A stretch of DNA of 54,370 nucleotides from Vicinamibacterales bacterium (GTDB lineage Bacteria > Acidobacteriota > Vicinamibacteria > Vicinamibacterales > CAVVIG01), in the NCBI GenBank assembly GCA_040081555.1, contig JBEBGG010000005.1, positions 1-54,370 on the forward strand. The letters run 5' to 3'. The first letter of the stretch is position 1; every line of letters begins with the position of its first letter. Shown here one piece after another: positions 44,389-54,370 of this stretch. The notes below the pieces were generated by a model. That model was given only the letters and a program-made list of their open reading frames with translations. It made no database searches and was not told where the DNA came from. The position numbers were made by a program, and so were the translations under genes.

Positions 44389-45168
44389 ATGGAGCGAGTG
44401 GTCGCCATCACTGGCGCATCGGCCGGCATCGGACGGGCGACCGCATTGCGCTTTGCACGCGATGGGGCGTCGGTGGCGATCTGCGCTCGTCGCGAAGACA
44501 GGCTGAAGGCGGTGGCCAGCGAAATCGAGCAGGCTGGTGGGCGAGCCCTGCCAATCGTGGCCGACGTCACCAGCGCGAGCGATATGCAGATGTTTGTCGA
44601 CCGCACGGTGCGCGCCTACGGCCGTCTCGATGTCGCCATGTGCAACGCAGGCTACGGCGTCTACGGCGCTATCGACACGATCCCCGAGGACACGATGCGC
44701 GCGCTCATGGAGGTGAACTACTTCGGCACCTATCACCTGCTTCATGCGGCCTTGCCGATTCTGCGTAAGCAGAATGCCGGACACATCATCGTTGTCTCGT
44801 CGATCGTCGGTCAGCGCGGCATTCCGTATATGGGCGCCTACTCGGCCACCAAGTTTGCACAAGTGGGCCTCGCAGAGTGCGTGCGCGCCGAGCTGCATGG
44901 CACGCCCATCCACCTCTCGATCGTGTATCCCATCTCAACCGAGACCGAATTCTTCGGCGTCATGACAAAGCACTCCGGCTTCGCCACGCGAGCCGCCGGG
45001 CCCAAGCAGTCAGCCGACTCTGTGGCCAACGCCATCGTCGCGGCGATCGGCAGACCGACGCCAGAGATCTATCCAAAGAAGATTGCAAAGGGCCTCGCCG
45101 TGCTCAATGCCATCGCACCAGGATTCACCGATGGCCTGGTCAGGCGCTGGGGCAGAAAGCCGATCTGA
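44389..45168 (+). CDS. SDR-family oxidoreductase
   Basis: TGASAGIG, NAG, VSS and YSATK. Start set at ATG 44389. Confidence 0.93.
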   Translation: MERVVAITGASAGIGRATALRFARDGASVAICARREDRLKAVASEIEQAGGRALPIVADVTSASDMQMFVDRTVRAYGRLDVAMCNAGYGVYGAIDTIPEDTMRALMEVNYFGTYHLLHAALPILRKQNAGHIIVVSSIVGQRGIPYMGAYSATKFAQVGLAECVRAELHGTPIHLSIVYPISTETEFFGVMTKHSGFATRAAGPKQSADSVANAIVAAIGRPTPEIYPKKIAKGLAVLNAIAPGFTDGLVRRWGRKPI

Positions 45169-45196
45169 CGAGTGAGTCTGCTGATGGGGTCGTTTC

Positions 45197-46567
45197 GTGG
45201 CTGAGAACACCGACAACGCTTTAGTGCTTGCGATTGCTTCCGCCGTCCGCGACGCGGGCGGACGCGCGCTGATTGTGGGCGGCTGGGTCCGCGATCGCCT
45301 GCTTGGCGTCGAGGCGCCGGATATCGACCTCGAGGTATTTGGCCTGCCCGTGGAGCGTCTCCGCGCGCTGCTCGAACGATTTGGCCGCGTCGATGCCGTG
45401 GGCGCCAGTTTTCAGGTCTTCAAGCTCGGCGACATCGACGTGTCCCTGCCCCGCCGAGAATCCAAGGCCGGCCGCGGACACAAGGCGTTCGAGGTGACAG
45501 GCGATCCGGCCATGTCCTATGAAGACGCGGCGCGCCGGCGCGACTTCACTATCAACGCCATCTCGTTCGACCCGCTCACAGGAGAGTATCTCGACCCCTT
45601 CAGCGGCCGAGCGGACCTCGAGCGTCGCGTCCTGCGCGTCGTTGATCAGACGAGGTTTGCGGACGACTCGCTCCGCGTTCTTCGTGCGTTGCAGTTTGCG
45701 GCGCGCTTCAACCTCACGATGGACGAGTCGAGCAAGACGATTTGTCGTGGCATTGCTCTCGACGATCTTCCGGCAGAGCGCATCTGGGGCGAATTCGAAA
45801 AGCTGCTGTTCGCACCCAGGCCGTCCATCGGACTCGCGCTCGGGCTTGAGCTCGGCGTCGTCGAGCGGCTCTTTCCTGAGCTGTTCGCGTTGGTCGGCTG
45901 TCCGCAGGAACCAGAGTGGCATCCCGAAGGCGACGTCTGGGTGCACACACTGCAAGTTGTCGATCAGGCGCGCAAGGACATCAGCGATCTGCCAAGGGGC
46001 AAGCAGCTCGCGCTGATGGTTGGCGCAGTCGCACACGACTTGGGTAAACCGGCGACGACGGCCTACATCGACGGCCGCATTCGATCGATCGATCACGAGG
46101 AGCAGGGCGTGGCACCCGCGACGAAGTTCCTTGATCGGCTGAATCTGAATTCAATCGACGGCTACGACGTCCGCGCGCAAGTGCTGGCGATCACCGCCCA
46201 GCACTTGAAACCCGGGATGTGGTTCAAGGCGCAGACCAAGGTTGGCGATGGCGCCTTCCGCCGCCTGGCACAGAAGGCCGACCTTGAGCTGCTGGGGCGC
46301 ATCACACGGGCGGACTGCAACGGTCGCTTCCCGGGCGTCTTCGATTGCGACGGCATGGTGGACTGGTTTCTCGGGCGCGCCAGGGCACTCGGTGTTGAGC
46401 ATCGAGCCCCTGAGCCGATACTCCTAGGCCGTCACCTCGTTGATCTCGGCGTGAAGCCGGGGCCGCGAATGGGCGAAATCCTGAAGGCCGTCTACGAGCA
46501 ACAACTCGACGGCGCGGTGACCGACTTGACGAGCGCAATCTCGGCTGCGAGACACCAGCTCGAATAG
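45197..46567 (+). CDS. cca: CCA tRNA nucleotidyltransferase/poly(A) polymerase family protein with HD domain
   Basis: VGGWVRD, DIDLE, RRDFTINA, DSLRVLRALQF, ERIWGE, WHPEGDV and HDLGK. Confidence 0.9.
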   Translation: MAENTDNALVLAIASAVRDAGGRALIVGGWVRDRLLGVEAPDIDLEVFGLPVERLRALLERFGRVDAVGASFQVFKLGDIDVSLPRRESKAGRGHKAFEVTGDPAMSYEDAARRRDFTINAISFDPLTGEYLDPFSGRADLERRVLRVVDQTRFADDSLRVLRALQFAARFNLTMDESSKTICRGIALDDLPAERIWGEFEKLLFAPRPSIGLALGLELGVVERLFPELFALVGCPQEPEWHPEGDVWVHTLQVVDQARKDISDLPRGKQLALMVGAVAHDLGKPATTAYIDGRIRSIDHEEQGVAPATKFLDRLNLNSIDGYDVRAQVLAITAQHLKPGMWFKAQTKVGDGAFRRLAQKADLELLGRITRADCNGRFPGVFDCDGMVDWFLGRARALGVEHRAPEPILLGRHLVDLGVKPGPRMGEILKAVYEQQLDGAVTDLTSAISAARHQLE

Positions 46568-46593
46568 CCACGAAGGCAAACCGGGCCGTCCTG

Positions 46594-49413
46594 CTACTTC
46601 GTTCCGTCGGCCTGGCGAATCTCCATCGCGCCAAGCTTGAGCGCCTGCAGCCCCTTCTCGGTCTTCGCGCGGTCGCCGACGGCAATGACGACCATCTTGT
46701 CCATTGGCAGATACTTCTCGGCGGCCGCTCGCACCGACGCCGTGGTCACCGCGTTGATGCGTTCGCCCAGCTTCGTGTAGTAATCCAACCCAAGGTCGTA
46801 GAGGTAGATGTTCGACGTGCTGGCGTTCATCCCGCTGCTGGTCTCAAAGTCGGCCGGTAGCGATCGCACGAACGAATCTTTCGCCATGGTCAGCTCGTCC
46901 GCAGTGACGTCAGTGGTCCGCATCTTCGACAGCTCACCCAGGATCTGTCGCACGGAGTCTGCGGTCGTTTCGGTGCGAACGCCGGTGGCGACCACAAACG
47001 GACCGGCCGAACGGCGGAACACAAACTGCGAGCTGGCACCGTAGGTGTACTGGTGCACTTCTCGAAGATTGAGGTTGATGCGGCTCGAGAACAGCCCGCC
47101 GAGAATCTCGTTCATGATCCGGATCGACTCGTAGTCCGGCGTGGCACGCGGCAGGCCAACGGCGGCGACGCGCAACTGCGTCTGCTGCGCGCCCTTCTTG
47201 TCGACCACCACTAGCTTCGCGCTCGTGGTACCAGGAGCGCCGAACGTGGTCACGGCGGGTGTGCCCTTCTGCCAGTCGCCAAACGCCTTCTCGACCAACG
47301 GCTTCAACTCGGCCACGGTGATCTGGCCCGACACGACGAGCGCCGCGTTGTTCGGCACAAAGTTCTGCTGCCAGAACGCCTTGAGCTCCGCAGCATCAAA
47401 CGCCTTGTTGGCCGCCTCGGTACCAAGTTCTGTGTATCCGTACGGGTGCTCGGCTCCGTAAAGTGCCGAGGCCATCACCGTACTCGCCACGGCATTGGGG
47501 CTCTCCCGCTGTTGCACGAGGCTGGCCAGACGACTGGCCCGCTGACGCTCCACCTCATCCTGAGGAAAGCTCGGCTGACGTGCCACGTCAGCCAGCAGGG
47601 CCAACGTTTGAGGGAACGTACGCTTGAGCGAGCTTGCCGACACCTGCGAGGCGTCCATGGTCGATCCCGTGGTCAGCGAGCCGCCGAGTTGCGCGATCTC
47701 GTCGGCAATCTGCGGGGCGGACTTGGACTCGGTACCTTCATCGAGCATCGCTGCCGTGAAGTTGGCCAGCCCAGGCTTGCCGATCGGGTTCGATCCACTG
47801 CCGGTCTTCACCACCAGATTCGCGGAGACAAAGGGCAGCGCCTTCCGTTCGTTGACCAGCACGGTCAGCCCGTTGGCCAGCGTGAACGACGCCGGCACCG
47901 GCACCTGCAGCACGCGTGCCTCGGTCGCTTTGGGGCGAGCGGCGCGCCACGCCTCGTCAGCGTTGATCGACTGAGCCGCCGACTTCTGGGCGGTCGCCTT
48001 GCCTTCCGGTACCGGAGGAGCGAGCTCCGGATCCCCAGGGACGCCGTGGACAACCACGCGCGCGTTGTTCGACAGCTGCTGCTGCGTGAACGCCTTGACC
48101 GAAGCCGGCGTCACGTCGCGATACCGCTGCAGGTCCTTTGGCAGGTAGCCCGGATCGCCGAGGAAGTGATTGTAGGTATTGAGGCGATCGGCGACACCGC
48201 CAAATCCGCCGAGGTTCTCGAGGCCCTGCACCGTGCGGGTCTCGATCACGTTGCGCGCGCGGTCCACTTCGTTCGCGTCCGGGCCGTTATCTCTGAACTT
48301 CGCGAGCTCCTCGTCCACGGCCTTCTCGATTTCTTCGGCAGTGTGTCCCGGACGCGCCGTCACCTCGATGCTGAAGACGGACCCGAGCATCAGCGAGTAC
48401 TGTTGCGCAGCGACGGTCTGCGCGATCTGCTTGTCGTAGACCAGTGACTTGTACAGGCGACTCGACTTCCCGCCACCGAGGACAGTGGCGGCAATGTCCG
48501 CATCGGCGTCGCCAGGCTTGAAGAAGGGCGACGTGATCCAGGCAATGGTGACCCGCGGCAGCTCGACATGATCCTTCACGACGGCACGGCGCTCGGCGGT
48601 GATCTTGGGCGTTTCCACGGTTGGCTTTGCCACTGGGGGCCCGCTCTTGAGCGTACCGAAGTACTTCTCGATGAGCGCCTTCGTTTGCGCCTTGTCGATA
48701 TCGCCGACGATCACCAGGCTGGCGTTGTTCGGTGCGTAGTACGCCTTGAAGAAGTTCTGCACGTCTTCGAGTTTGACGGCCTGAATGTCGGCGTGCGAAC
48801 CGATCACGCTCGCATAGTAGGGATGGCCGCTCGGAAAGAGCTGGTGGAAGACAGCCTCGTCGACGATGCCGTACGGCCTGTTTTCAACGCTCTGCCGCCG
48901 TTCGTTGCGGACGACGCCCTGCTGTTCGCTCAGGCTCGCCTGGTCCACCTGATCGAGCAGATAGCCCATGCGGTCGGACTCGAGCCACAGCGCCATCTCG
49001 AGTTCATTGGACGGCACCGTCGCGAAGTAATTGGTGCGATCAAAATCGGTAGTGCCGTTGACGCTACTGGCGCCGGCGCCCTCGAGCGTCTTGAAATGCA
49101 AATCGCCCGGTACGTGCTTCGAGCCCTGGAACATCATGTGCTCGAAGAGGTGTGCGAACCCGGTGCGCCCGGCCGCTTCGTTTGCCGGCCCGACGTGATA
49201 CCAGATATTCACCGCCGTCATGGGCAGGCGATGGTCCTCGGAGAGGATGACGTCAAGCCCGTTGGGCAGCGTGTACTTTTCGAAATCGATCGTGGGCAGG
49301 TCGTTTGCCGTGGCGAGCGGTGCCGCCGGCTTCGCGGCATCGCCGCACGCCGTCAGACTCGCAGCCAGCGCTGCCATGAGTCCAAGTCCCTGGAGTCGTC
49401 GCAATAGTGTCAT
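46594..49413 (-). CDS. M16 (pitrilysin/insulinase) zinc peptidase, probable lipoprotein
   Basis: GFAHLFEHMMF (HxxEH), NERRQ, duplicated M16 domains and lipobox LTAC. Start set at ATG 49413. Confidence 0.93.
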   Translation of the reverse strand: MTLLRRLQGLGLMAALAASLTACGDAAKPAAPLATANDLPTIDFEKYTLPNGLDVILSEDHRLPMTAVNIWYHVGPANEAAGRTGFAHLFEHMMFQGSKHVPGDLHFKTLEGAGASSVNGTTDFDRTNYFATVPSNELEMALWLESDRMGYLLDQVDQASLSEQQGVVRNERRQSVENRPYGIVDEAVFHQLFPSGHPYYASVIGSHADIQAVKLEDVQNFFKAYYAPNNASLVIVGDIDKAQTKALIEKYFGTLKSGPPVAKPTVETPKITAERRAVVKDHVELPRVTIAWITSPFFKPGDADADIAATVLGGGKSSRLYKSLVYDKQIAQTVAAQQYSLMLGSVFSIEVTARPGHTAEEIEKAVDEELAKFRDNGPDANEVDRARNVIETRTVQGLENLGGFGGVADRLNTYNHFLGDPGYLPKDLQRYRDVTPASVKAFTQQQLSNNARVVVHGVPGDPELAPPVPEGKATAQKSAAQSINADEAWRAARPKATEARVLQVPVPASFTLANGLTVLVNERKALPFVSANLVVKTGSGSNPIGKPGLANFTAAMLDEGTESKSAPQIADEIAQLGGSLTTGSTMDASQVSASSLKRTFPQTLALLADVARQPSFPQDEVERQRASRLASLVQQRESPNAVASTVMASALYGAEHPYGYTELGTEAANKAFDAAELKAFWQQNFVPNNAALVVSGQITVAELKPLVEKAFGDWQKGTPAVTTFGAPGTTSAKLVVVDKKGAQQTQLRVAAVGLPRATPDYESIRIMNEILGGLFSSRINLNLREVHQYTYGASSQFVFRRSAGPFVVATGVRTETTADSVRQILGELSKMRTTDVTADELTMAKDSFVRSLPADFETSSGMNASTSNIYLYDLGLDYYTKLGERINAVTTASVRAAAEKYLPMDKMVVIAVGDRAKTEKGLQALKLGAMEIRQADGTK

Positions 49414-49524
49414 CAAGGCGTCCTCTCCGAAGGACTGACGATATCGCGTTCGGCCGCGCATTGGAACATGGCTCGGACCTGGGGAGGCCGCACTCTGGTC
49501 CCGGCCGGATAGAATGTCTTCCTT

Positions 49525-49755
49525 ATGTCCCGCTACACGCTCGTGTACGGCGTCCGCCTGATCCCCGAAGGCTCCCTCGAGGGAGTCGAAGACGCGACGC
49601 TCAAACTGGCCGACGGCAGTAACGCCGGCCTCACCCTTCACACCTTCGACGGGACGATTCCGCAACTGCGGCGCTCGCTCGATCGCAGCCTCGACGCCTT
49701 CTTCGACCTCCTACCCGGGGCCGAAGACGATGACCTCGAGCAGTTCACGAGCTAG
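49525..49755 (+). CDS. Small acidic hypothetical protein (76 aa)
   Basis: Typical codon usage, TAGAAT just upstream, and 2 nt from the cax start. Confidence 0.7.
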   Translation: MSRYTLVYGVRLIPEGSLEGVEDATLKLADGSNAGLTLHTFDGTIPQLRRSLDRSLDAFFDLLPGAEDDDLEQFTS

Positions 49756-49757
49756 CC

Positions 49758-50846
49758 ATGATGCGCCTTCTTGCCGCCCTCACTGCCAACCGGCTGAACT
49801 TCCTGCTGATCGCCGCACCCGCCTCGTGGGTGCTGCACACGACAGCACCAGAGTCATCCTGGGTCTTCGGGATCGCCGCGCTGTCGCTCATTCCGCTTGC
49901 CGGCATCATCGGCCTTGGGACCGAGGAACTGGCGCATCGCTCCGGACCGGCGGTCGGTGGGTTCCTCAACGCCACCTTCGGCAACGCCGCAGAGCTCATC
50001 ATCGCCATCGTCGCGCTCGGCGAGGGACACGTCGGACTGGTCAAGGCCTCGATCACCGGCAGCATCGTCGGCAACCTGCTATTGGTGCTCGGCGCGTCGT
50101 TCTTTGTCGGCGGCCTCGGCCGCAAGTCTCAGAAGTTCGATCGCACCGGTGCCAATAACGCGTCGACGATGCTGTTTCTGGCGGTGGTCGCCCTCGTGAT
50201 GCCAGCGGTCTTCGACCTGGCGCTGTACGGTTCACTCGATGCGCATCCGGAAGCGATCGATGACCTGAGTCTCCTCACCTCGTTCGTCCTGATCATCGCC
50301 TACATCGGCAGCCTGATCTACTCGTTCATGTCGCAACGCGACCTGTTCCGCACCGGGGCGGAGCACACCGCCGACGATGGGCATCGGCTCTCAGTGGCGC
50401 AGTCCGTGGCACTCCTCGCCATCGGCACGATCCTCACGACGATCCAGGCCGAACTCCTCGTGGGCGCCATGCAACCGGCGCTGGCGCAGTTTGGCTTCAC
50501 GGAGATGTTTGTCGGCGTGATCGTCGTCGCGATCATCGGCAACGCGGCCGAGCACTACTCGGCGATCATCGCGGGGCGAAAGGATCAGATGACGCTGGCG
50601 GTGGAGATTGCCGTCGGCAGCAGTGCACAGATTGCGCTCTTTGTGGCGCCGGCTGTCGTGCTCTACTCCTACGTCCTTGGTCACCCGATGACACTGCTCT
50701 TCAACGCATTCGAGATCTCGGCGATTGCGCTGTCGGTGTTTGCCACATCGATGGTGGTGGCCGACGGCGAGAGCAACTGGGTTGAAGGACTGCAGCTGAT
50801 GTCGATCTACGTCATCCTCGGCATGGCCTTCTACTTCGTGCCGTAG
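49758..50846 (+). CDS. cax: Ca2+/H+ antiporter
   Basis: LNATFGNAAELI, GSIVGNLLL, IIGNAAEH, GSSAQIA and DGESNWVEG. Confidence 0.93.
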   Translation: MMRLLAALTANRLNFLLIAAPASWVLHTTAPESSWVFGIAALSLIPLAGIIGLGTEELAHRSGPAVGGFLNATFGNAAELIIAIVALGEGHVGLVKASITGSIVGNLLLVLGASFFVGGLGRKSQKFDRTGANNASTMLFLAVVALVMPAVFDLALYGSLDAHPEAIDDLSLLTSFVLIIAYIGSLIYSFMSQRDLFRTGAEHTADDGHRLSVAQSVALLAIGTILTTIQAELLVGAMQPALAQFGFTEMFVGVIVVAIIGNAAEHYSAIIAGRKDQMTLAVEIAVGSSAQIALFVAPAVVLYSYVLGHPMTLLFNAFEISAIALSVFATSMVVADGESNWVEGLQLMSIYVILGMAFYFVP

Positions 50847-50855
50847 ACGCAGGCG

Positions 50856-52022
50856 CTAGGCCTCGGCGCCCGACCCTAAAGCGTGAGGCCCTCGTAGCAG
50901 CGTTCTGATGGTCTGCTCGTAGATCTCCGACAGTGGACCGAGATCGGCAATCGCCACCCGCTCATTCACCTTGTGAATGGTGTCGTTGAGCGGACCGAAC
51001 TCGGCGACCTCTTCGGCCACTGCCGCCAGAAACCGTCCGTCCGAGGTGCCGCCACTGGTCGACAGCTCAGGCGTCACACCGGTAATCCGGGCAATCGACG
51101 CAGCGAGCGCGTCCACGAGCCTGCCCTTTGGTGTGAGAAACGGTTCACCCGAGACGCTCCACGTCAGGTCGTAGCGCACCTGGTGCCGATCGAGCACCTC
51201 GTGCACCCGCGCCTTCAGGCCCTCCACCGACGACTCGGTGGAGAAACGAAAGTTGAACAGCAGATCGAGGGCACCTGGAATCACGTTGTTGGCGCCGGTG
51301 CCGGCATGCACATTCGAGATCTGAAAGCTGCTCGGCGGAAAGTACTCGTTGCCCTGGTCCCATTCGGTCGCCACGAGTTCGGCCAGCGCCGGCAGAGCGT
51401 CGTGAATCGGACTGCGACCGCGCTCGGGGTAGGCGATGTGGCACTGCACGCCGTGCACCCTCAGTACGCCGTTCAGCGAACCCCGTCGACCGTTCTTGAG
51501 GGTGTCACCGAAGCGCTCCGACGAGGTCGGTTCACCGATCAGGCAGAAATCGATGCGTTGACCACGGGAGAGCAAGTAGTCCACAACGGCCGCCGTACCG
51601 TGGAGCGCTTCGCCTTCCTCGTCAGAGGTCAGCAGCACCGCAATCGCGCCAGCACCTCGAAGATCGGTCGCGACACGCTCCGCCGCCGTCACCATGGCGG
51701 CAACCGACGCCTTCATGTCCGCAGAGCCTCGACCAACAAGGAAGCCGCCGTGCTCGGTCGGCGTGAACGGATCGCTCGCCCACTGATCGAGCGGCCCTGG
51801 CGGTACGACGTCCACGTGCCCGGCGAGGCAAACCAGCGGCGCACTCGTGCCGACCTGCGCCCAGAGATTCGAGACCCCGCCTCGCTCAATGCGCTCGCAC
51901 AGAAAGCCGGCGTTGCTCAGCCGCCTCTCGATGAGCGCCAGGGCGCCGTCGTCGTCAGGCGTGAGCGAGCGACAGGCGACCAGCTCTTTGGCGAGAATGA
52001 GAGTGTCGTTGTGGCTAGTCAC
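50856..52022 (-). CDS. dapE: Succinyl-diaminopimelate desuccinylase
   Basis: [39 protein letters not shown] and TIHKVNE. Confidence 0.95.
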   Translation of the reverse strand: MTSHNDTLILAKELVACRSLTPDDDGALALIERRLSNAGFLCERIERGGVSNLWAQVGTSAPLVCLAGHVDVVPPGPLDQWASDPFTPTEHGGFLVGRGSADMKASVAAMVTAAERVATDLRGAGAIAVLLTSDEEGEALHGTAAVVDYLLSRGQRIDFCLIGEPTSSERFGDTLKNGRRGSLNGVLRVHGVQCHIAYPERGRSPIHDALPALAELVATEWDQGNEYFPPSSFQISNVHAGTGANNVIPGALDLLFNFRFSTESSVEGLKARVHEVLDRHQVRYDLTWSVSGEPFLTPKGRLVDALAASIARITGVTPELSTSGGTSDGRFLAAVAEEVAEFGPLNDTIHKVNERVAIADLGPLSEIYEQTIRTLLRGPHALGSGAEA

Positions 52023-52833
52023 GCAGCAATTCGTTGATCGAGGTCTTCGCGCGCGCCTGTGCGTCGACGCGCTTCACGATGACGGCGCACGCCAACGAGC
52101 AGCCACCCGACGATGGCAGACTGCCTGGCACGACCACCGATCCTGATGGCACCCGACCATAGTGGATCTCGCCAGTGGCGCGATCGTAGATCTTCGTGCT
52201 CTGACCGATGAAGACACCCATCGAGATCACCGAGTTCTCTTCAACGACCACGCCCTCGACGATCTCGGAGCGGGCGCCAATGAAGCAGTTGTCTTCAATG
52301 ATGGTCGGGTTGGCCTGAAGCGGCTCGAGGACTCCGCCGATGCCCACACCACCCGAGAGGTGGACGTTTCTTCCAATCTGCGCACACGATCCAACCGTCA
52401 CCCAGGTATCGACCATCGTGCCATCGCCCACGTAGGCGCCAATGTTGACGAACGACGGCATCAGGATGACATTGCGACCAATGAACGAACCCGTGCGCGC
52501 CGTCGCTGGCGGTACGACCCGCACGCCGTCGGTTCGAAACTTGGCGTCCGTGTAGCCGTCGAACCGCCGCGGCACCTTGTCGAAGTAGGTGGCCGCACCG
52601 TCCTGCAACACCTGGTTGTCGTGGGTACGGAAGTAGAGCAGCACGGCCTTCTTGATCCACTGGTGCGTCACCCAGGCACCGTCGATCTTTTCGGCAACCC
52701 GCAGACGGCCGGCATTGAGCTCGCCGAGCACGTGATCAAGCGCAAGCGTGAGCTCAGACGATGCGTGCTTCGGAGTGATGTCGGCGCGTCGCTCGAAGGC
52801 GGCGTCGATAAGCGATTGAGGAGAACTGGTCAT
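52015..52833 (-). CDS. dapD: Tetrahydrodipicolinate N-succinyltransferase
   Basis: [32 protein letters not shown] and [11 protein letters not shown]. Confidence 0.97.
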   Translation of the reverse strand: MTSSPQSLIDAAFERRADITPKHASSELTLALDHVLGELNAGRLRVAEKIDGAWVTHQWIKKAVLLYFRTHDNQVLQDGAATYFDKVPRRFDGYTDAKFRTDGVRVVPPATARTGSFIGRNVILMPSFVNIGAYVGDGTMVDTWVTVGSCAQIGRNVHLSGGVGIGGVLEPLQANPTIIEDNCFIGARSEIVEGVVVEENSVISMGVFIGQSTKIYDRATGEIHYGRVPSGSVVVPGSLPSSGGCSLACAVIVKRVDAQARAKTSINELLRD

Positions 52834-52848
52834 AGGAGGCCTCGGGCT

Positions 52849-54039
52849 TCAGCGGGCGGCGAACTCGACGATGCGCCTCGCGCCTTCGACGCATTCGTCA
52901 AACTCGGGCACGAGCGCGATGCGGACGTAACCGCGGCCGGGGTTACCGTGATGCGCGTCCCTCCCGAGATAGGTACCGGGCAACACAGTGACGTTGGTGG
53001 CTTCAAACAGTTCTCGGGTGAACTGCTCGTCGTTGCCGCCAGGCACGGGCGCCCAGAGATAGAAGCCGGCATCAGGCCGAGCGAGTGGCATCACGTCATT
53101 CATCATCGGAACCACTGCTGAGAATTTCTCCCGATACTTGGCGCGATTGGCGACAACATGCGCCTCGTCGCGCCACGCGGCCACGCTCGCGTACTGCACT
53201 GCTGGACTCATCGCGCATCCATGATACGTGCGGTAGAGCAGAAACTGGCGAATGAGGCTCGCGTCACCACCAACGGCACCCGACCGCAGCCCTGGCGCGT
53301 TCGACCGTTTCGAGAGGCTGACAAACACAATCAGGTTCTTGAAGTCTTCGCGGTTCAGGCGATAGGCCGCTTCAAGAGCGCCGATCGGCGGGCGCCCCTC
53401 ATCGTCGTAGATGTCGCAATAGCACTCGTCGGATGCGACGACGAAGCCGTGCTGATCGGCGCGATCGAAGATCGTCTGCCAGTCGCTCAGTCGAAGTACA
53501 TGCCCGGTGGGGTTGCCCGGCGAGCAGACATACAGCAGCTGCACGCGCGCCCAGTCGGCATCGTCAACGGAATCGAGGTCGAGCGCATAGCCGTTGTCTG
53601 CGGTCTGGTTCATGAAGATCGGCGTCGCACCGGCAAGCAGCGCCGCGCCTTCATAGATCTGATAGAACGGGTTCGGACAGCCAACCAGTGGCGAGGGACG
53701 CGAAGTATCGATGACGGCCTGGGCGAATGCGAAGAGCGCCTCCCTCGTGCCGGCCACCGGCAGCACCTGCGTGGCGGGATCGAGTGTCGGCAGCCCGTAG
53801 CGGCGCATGAACCAGGCAGCGATCGCCTCGCGTAGACGATCCATGCCGGCCGTAGTCGGATAGGTCGACAGGCCATCCATGTGCTCGGCGAGGGCCTGAG
53901 AAATCAGTCTTGGAGTTGGATGCTGAGGCTCGCCAATCGACAGGCGAATGGCGCCTGCGTCCGCGGGCGTGCTGCCGGCCAGCAGTGTCCGCAACCGCTC
54001 GAACGGATAGGGATGCAGCGCTGTGAGCCGCGGGTTCAC
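52849..54039 (-). CDS. dapC: Succinyldiaminopimelate transaminase
   Basis: MNPRL..LHPYPFERL, SIGEP, PNPFYQIYEGA, SPGNPTG, SDECY, SLSKRSN (PLP Lys) and YRTYHGCA. Clustered with dapD and dapE. Confidence 0.93.
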   Translation of the reverse strand: MNPRLTALHPYPFERLRTLLAGSTPADAGAIRLSIGEPQHPTPRLISQALAEHMDGLSTYPTTAGMDRLREAIAAWFMRRYGLPTLDPATQVLPVAGTREALFAFAQAVIDTSRPSPLVGCPNPFYQIYEGAALLAGATPIFMNQTADNGYALDLDSVDDADWARVQLLYVCSPGNPTGHVLRLSDWQTIFDRADQHGFVVASDECYCDIYDDEGRPPIGALEAAYRLNREDFKNLIVFVSLSKRSNAPGLRSGAVGGDASLIRQFLLYRTYHGCAMSPAVQYASVAAWRDEAHVVANRAKYREKFSAVVPMMNDVMPLARPDAGFYLWAPVPGGNDEQFTRELFEATNVTVLPGTYLGRDAHHGNPGRGYVRIALVPEFDECVEGARRIVEFAAR

Positions 54040-54356
54040 GGTGCCGGCGCCAACACCGCCATCACCAGGAGTCGGCCCTCGCTGTTATTGCGGACGCCGT
54101 GCGGCAGATCTGCGGGCGCCACGAGCAGGTCGCCAGCGCTCATGGGCAGTTCCTGGCCGGCGAGCAGAAAGACGCCGCTGCCTTCAACCACGAGGTAGGC
54201 CTTGTCCATGCCGGCGTGGGCGTGCAGCGCGTGCGACTGCCCTGGCTCAAACGCGTTAAGCCCGATCATGAGGTGTGGCGATTTGTAGAGCGTGCTCTTC
54301 CCCATGCCATCAGAGCTCCACACGGCACGCTCCGATGGCCGAATCACCGAGCTCAC
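54036..54356 (-). CDS. Cupin domain protein
   Basis: HALHAH..DKAYLVVEG and APADLPHGVRN. 4-nt overlap with dapC. Confidence 0.88.
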   Translation of the reverse strand: MSSVIRPSERAVWSSDGMGKSTLYKSPHLMIGLNAFEPGQSHALHAHAGMDKAYLVVEGSGVFLLAGQELPMSAGDLLVAPADLPHGVRNNSEGRLLVMAVLAPAP

Positions 54357-54370
54357 GCGCGCGCAGCCTT

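Noticed and set aside
49414-49665. N-terminal extension of the M16 peptidase shown in the ORF track
   Set aside because: It overlaps the better-supported 49525-49755 gene, and the lipoprotein signal begins at 49413.
1-54370. CRISPR array, integron attC array, transposase or integrase
   Set aside because: No regularly spaced repeat-spacer series was seen and no ORF has DDE, HUH, tyrosine- or serine-recombinase motifs.

Overview
High-GC bacterial chromosome window. The gene families suggest Acidobacteriota (Vicinamibacterales-like); this is an inference, not a database result. A tRNA-Arg(ACG) at 34525-34601 splits the window in two. The right half (34.7-54.4 kb) is compact housekeeping DNA: moaB-moeA, an Ord/DapB-like dehydrogenase, an orphan OmpR regulator facing a Spy/CpxP gene, a divergent transketolase-like enzyme, IDH, acyltransferase, proline dehydrogenase, SDR, CCA-adding enzyme, M16 peptidase, Ca2+/H+ antiporter and cupin-dapC-dapD-dapE. 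The left half (1-34.5 kb) is accessory and consists mostly of exported proteins: an ankyrin/DUF1592 cytochrome c/DUF1552 triad, two paralogous heme-c beta-propeller-like proteins, two paralogous Cys-conserved secreted proteins, DUF5916, two partnerless Tat molybdoenzymes, a lectin-like protein, a Sel1 protein, an HD-GYP protein and glf-GT2. Two signals stand out. First, the intergenic spaces of the accessory half carry short in-frame stubs of unrelated genes (RseP, a SAM methyltransferase, ferritin-like, non-heme haloperoxidase, RibD-like, PCD, Wzt) plus local duplications of 139, 36 and 15 bp, with no integrase or transposase in view. Second, the first 17.7 kb looks like an uncharacterised periplasmic heme/metal redox cluster. 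A 49-aa metallothionein-like gene missed by the ORF track lies at 30822-30971. No CRISPR array, rRNA or intact mobile element was found. All family assignments come from motif recognition by eye.
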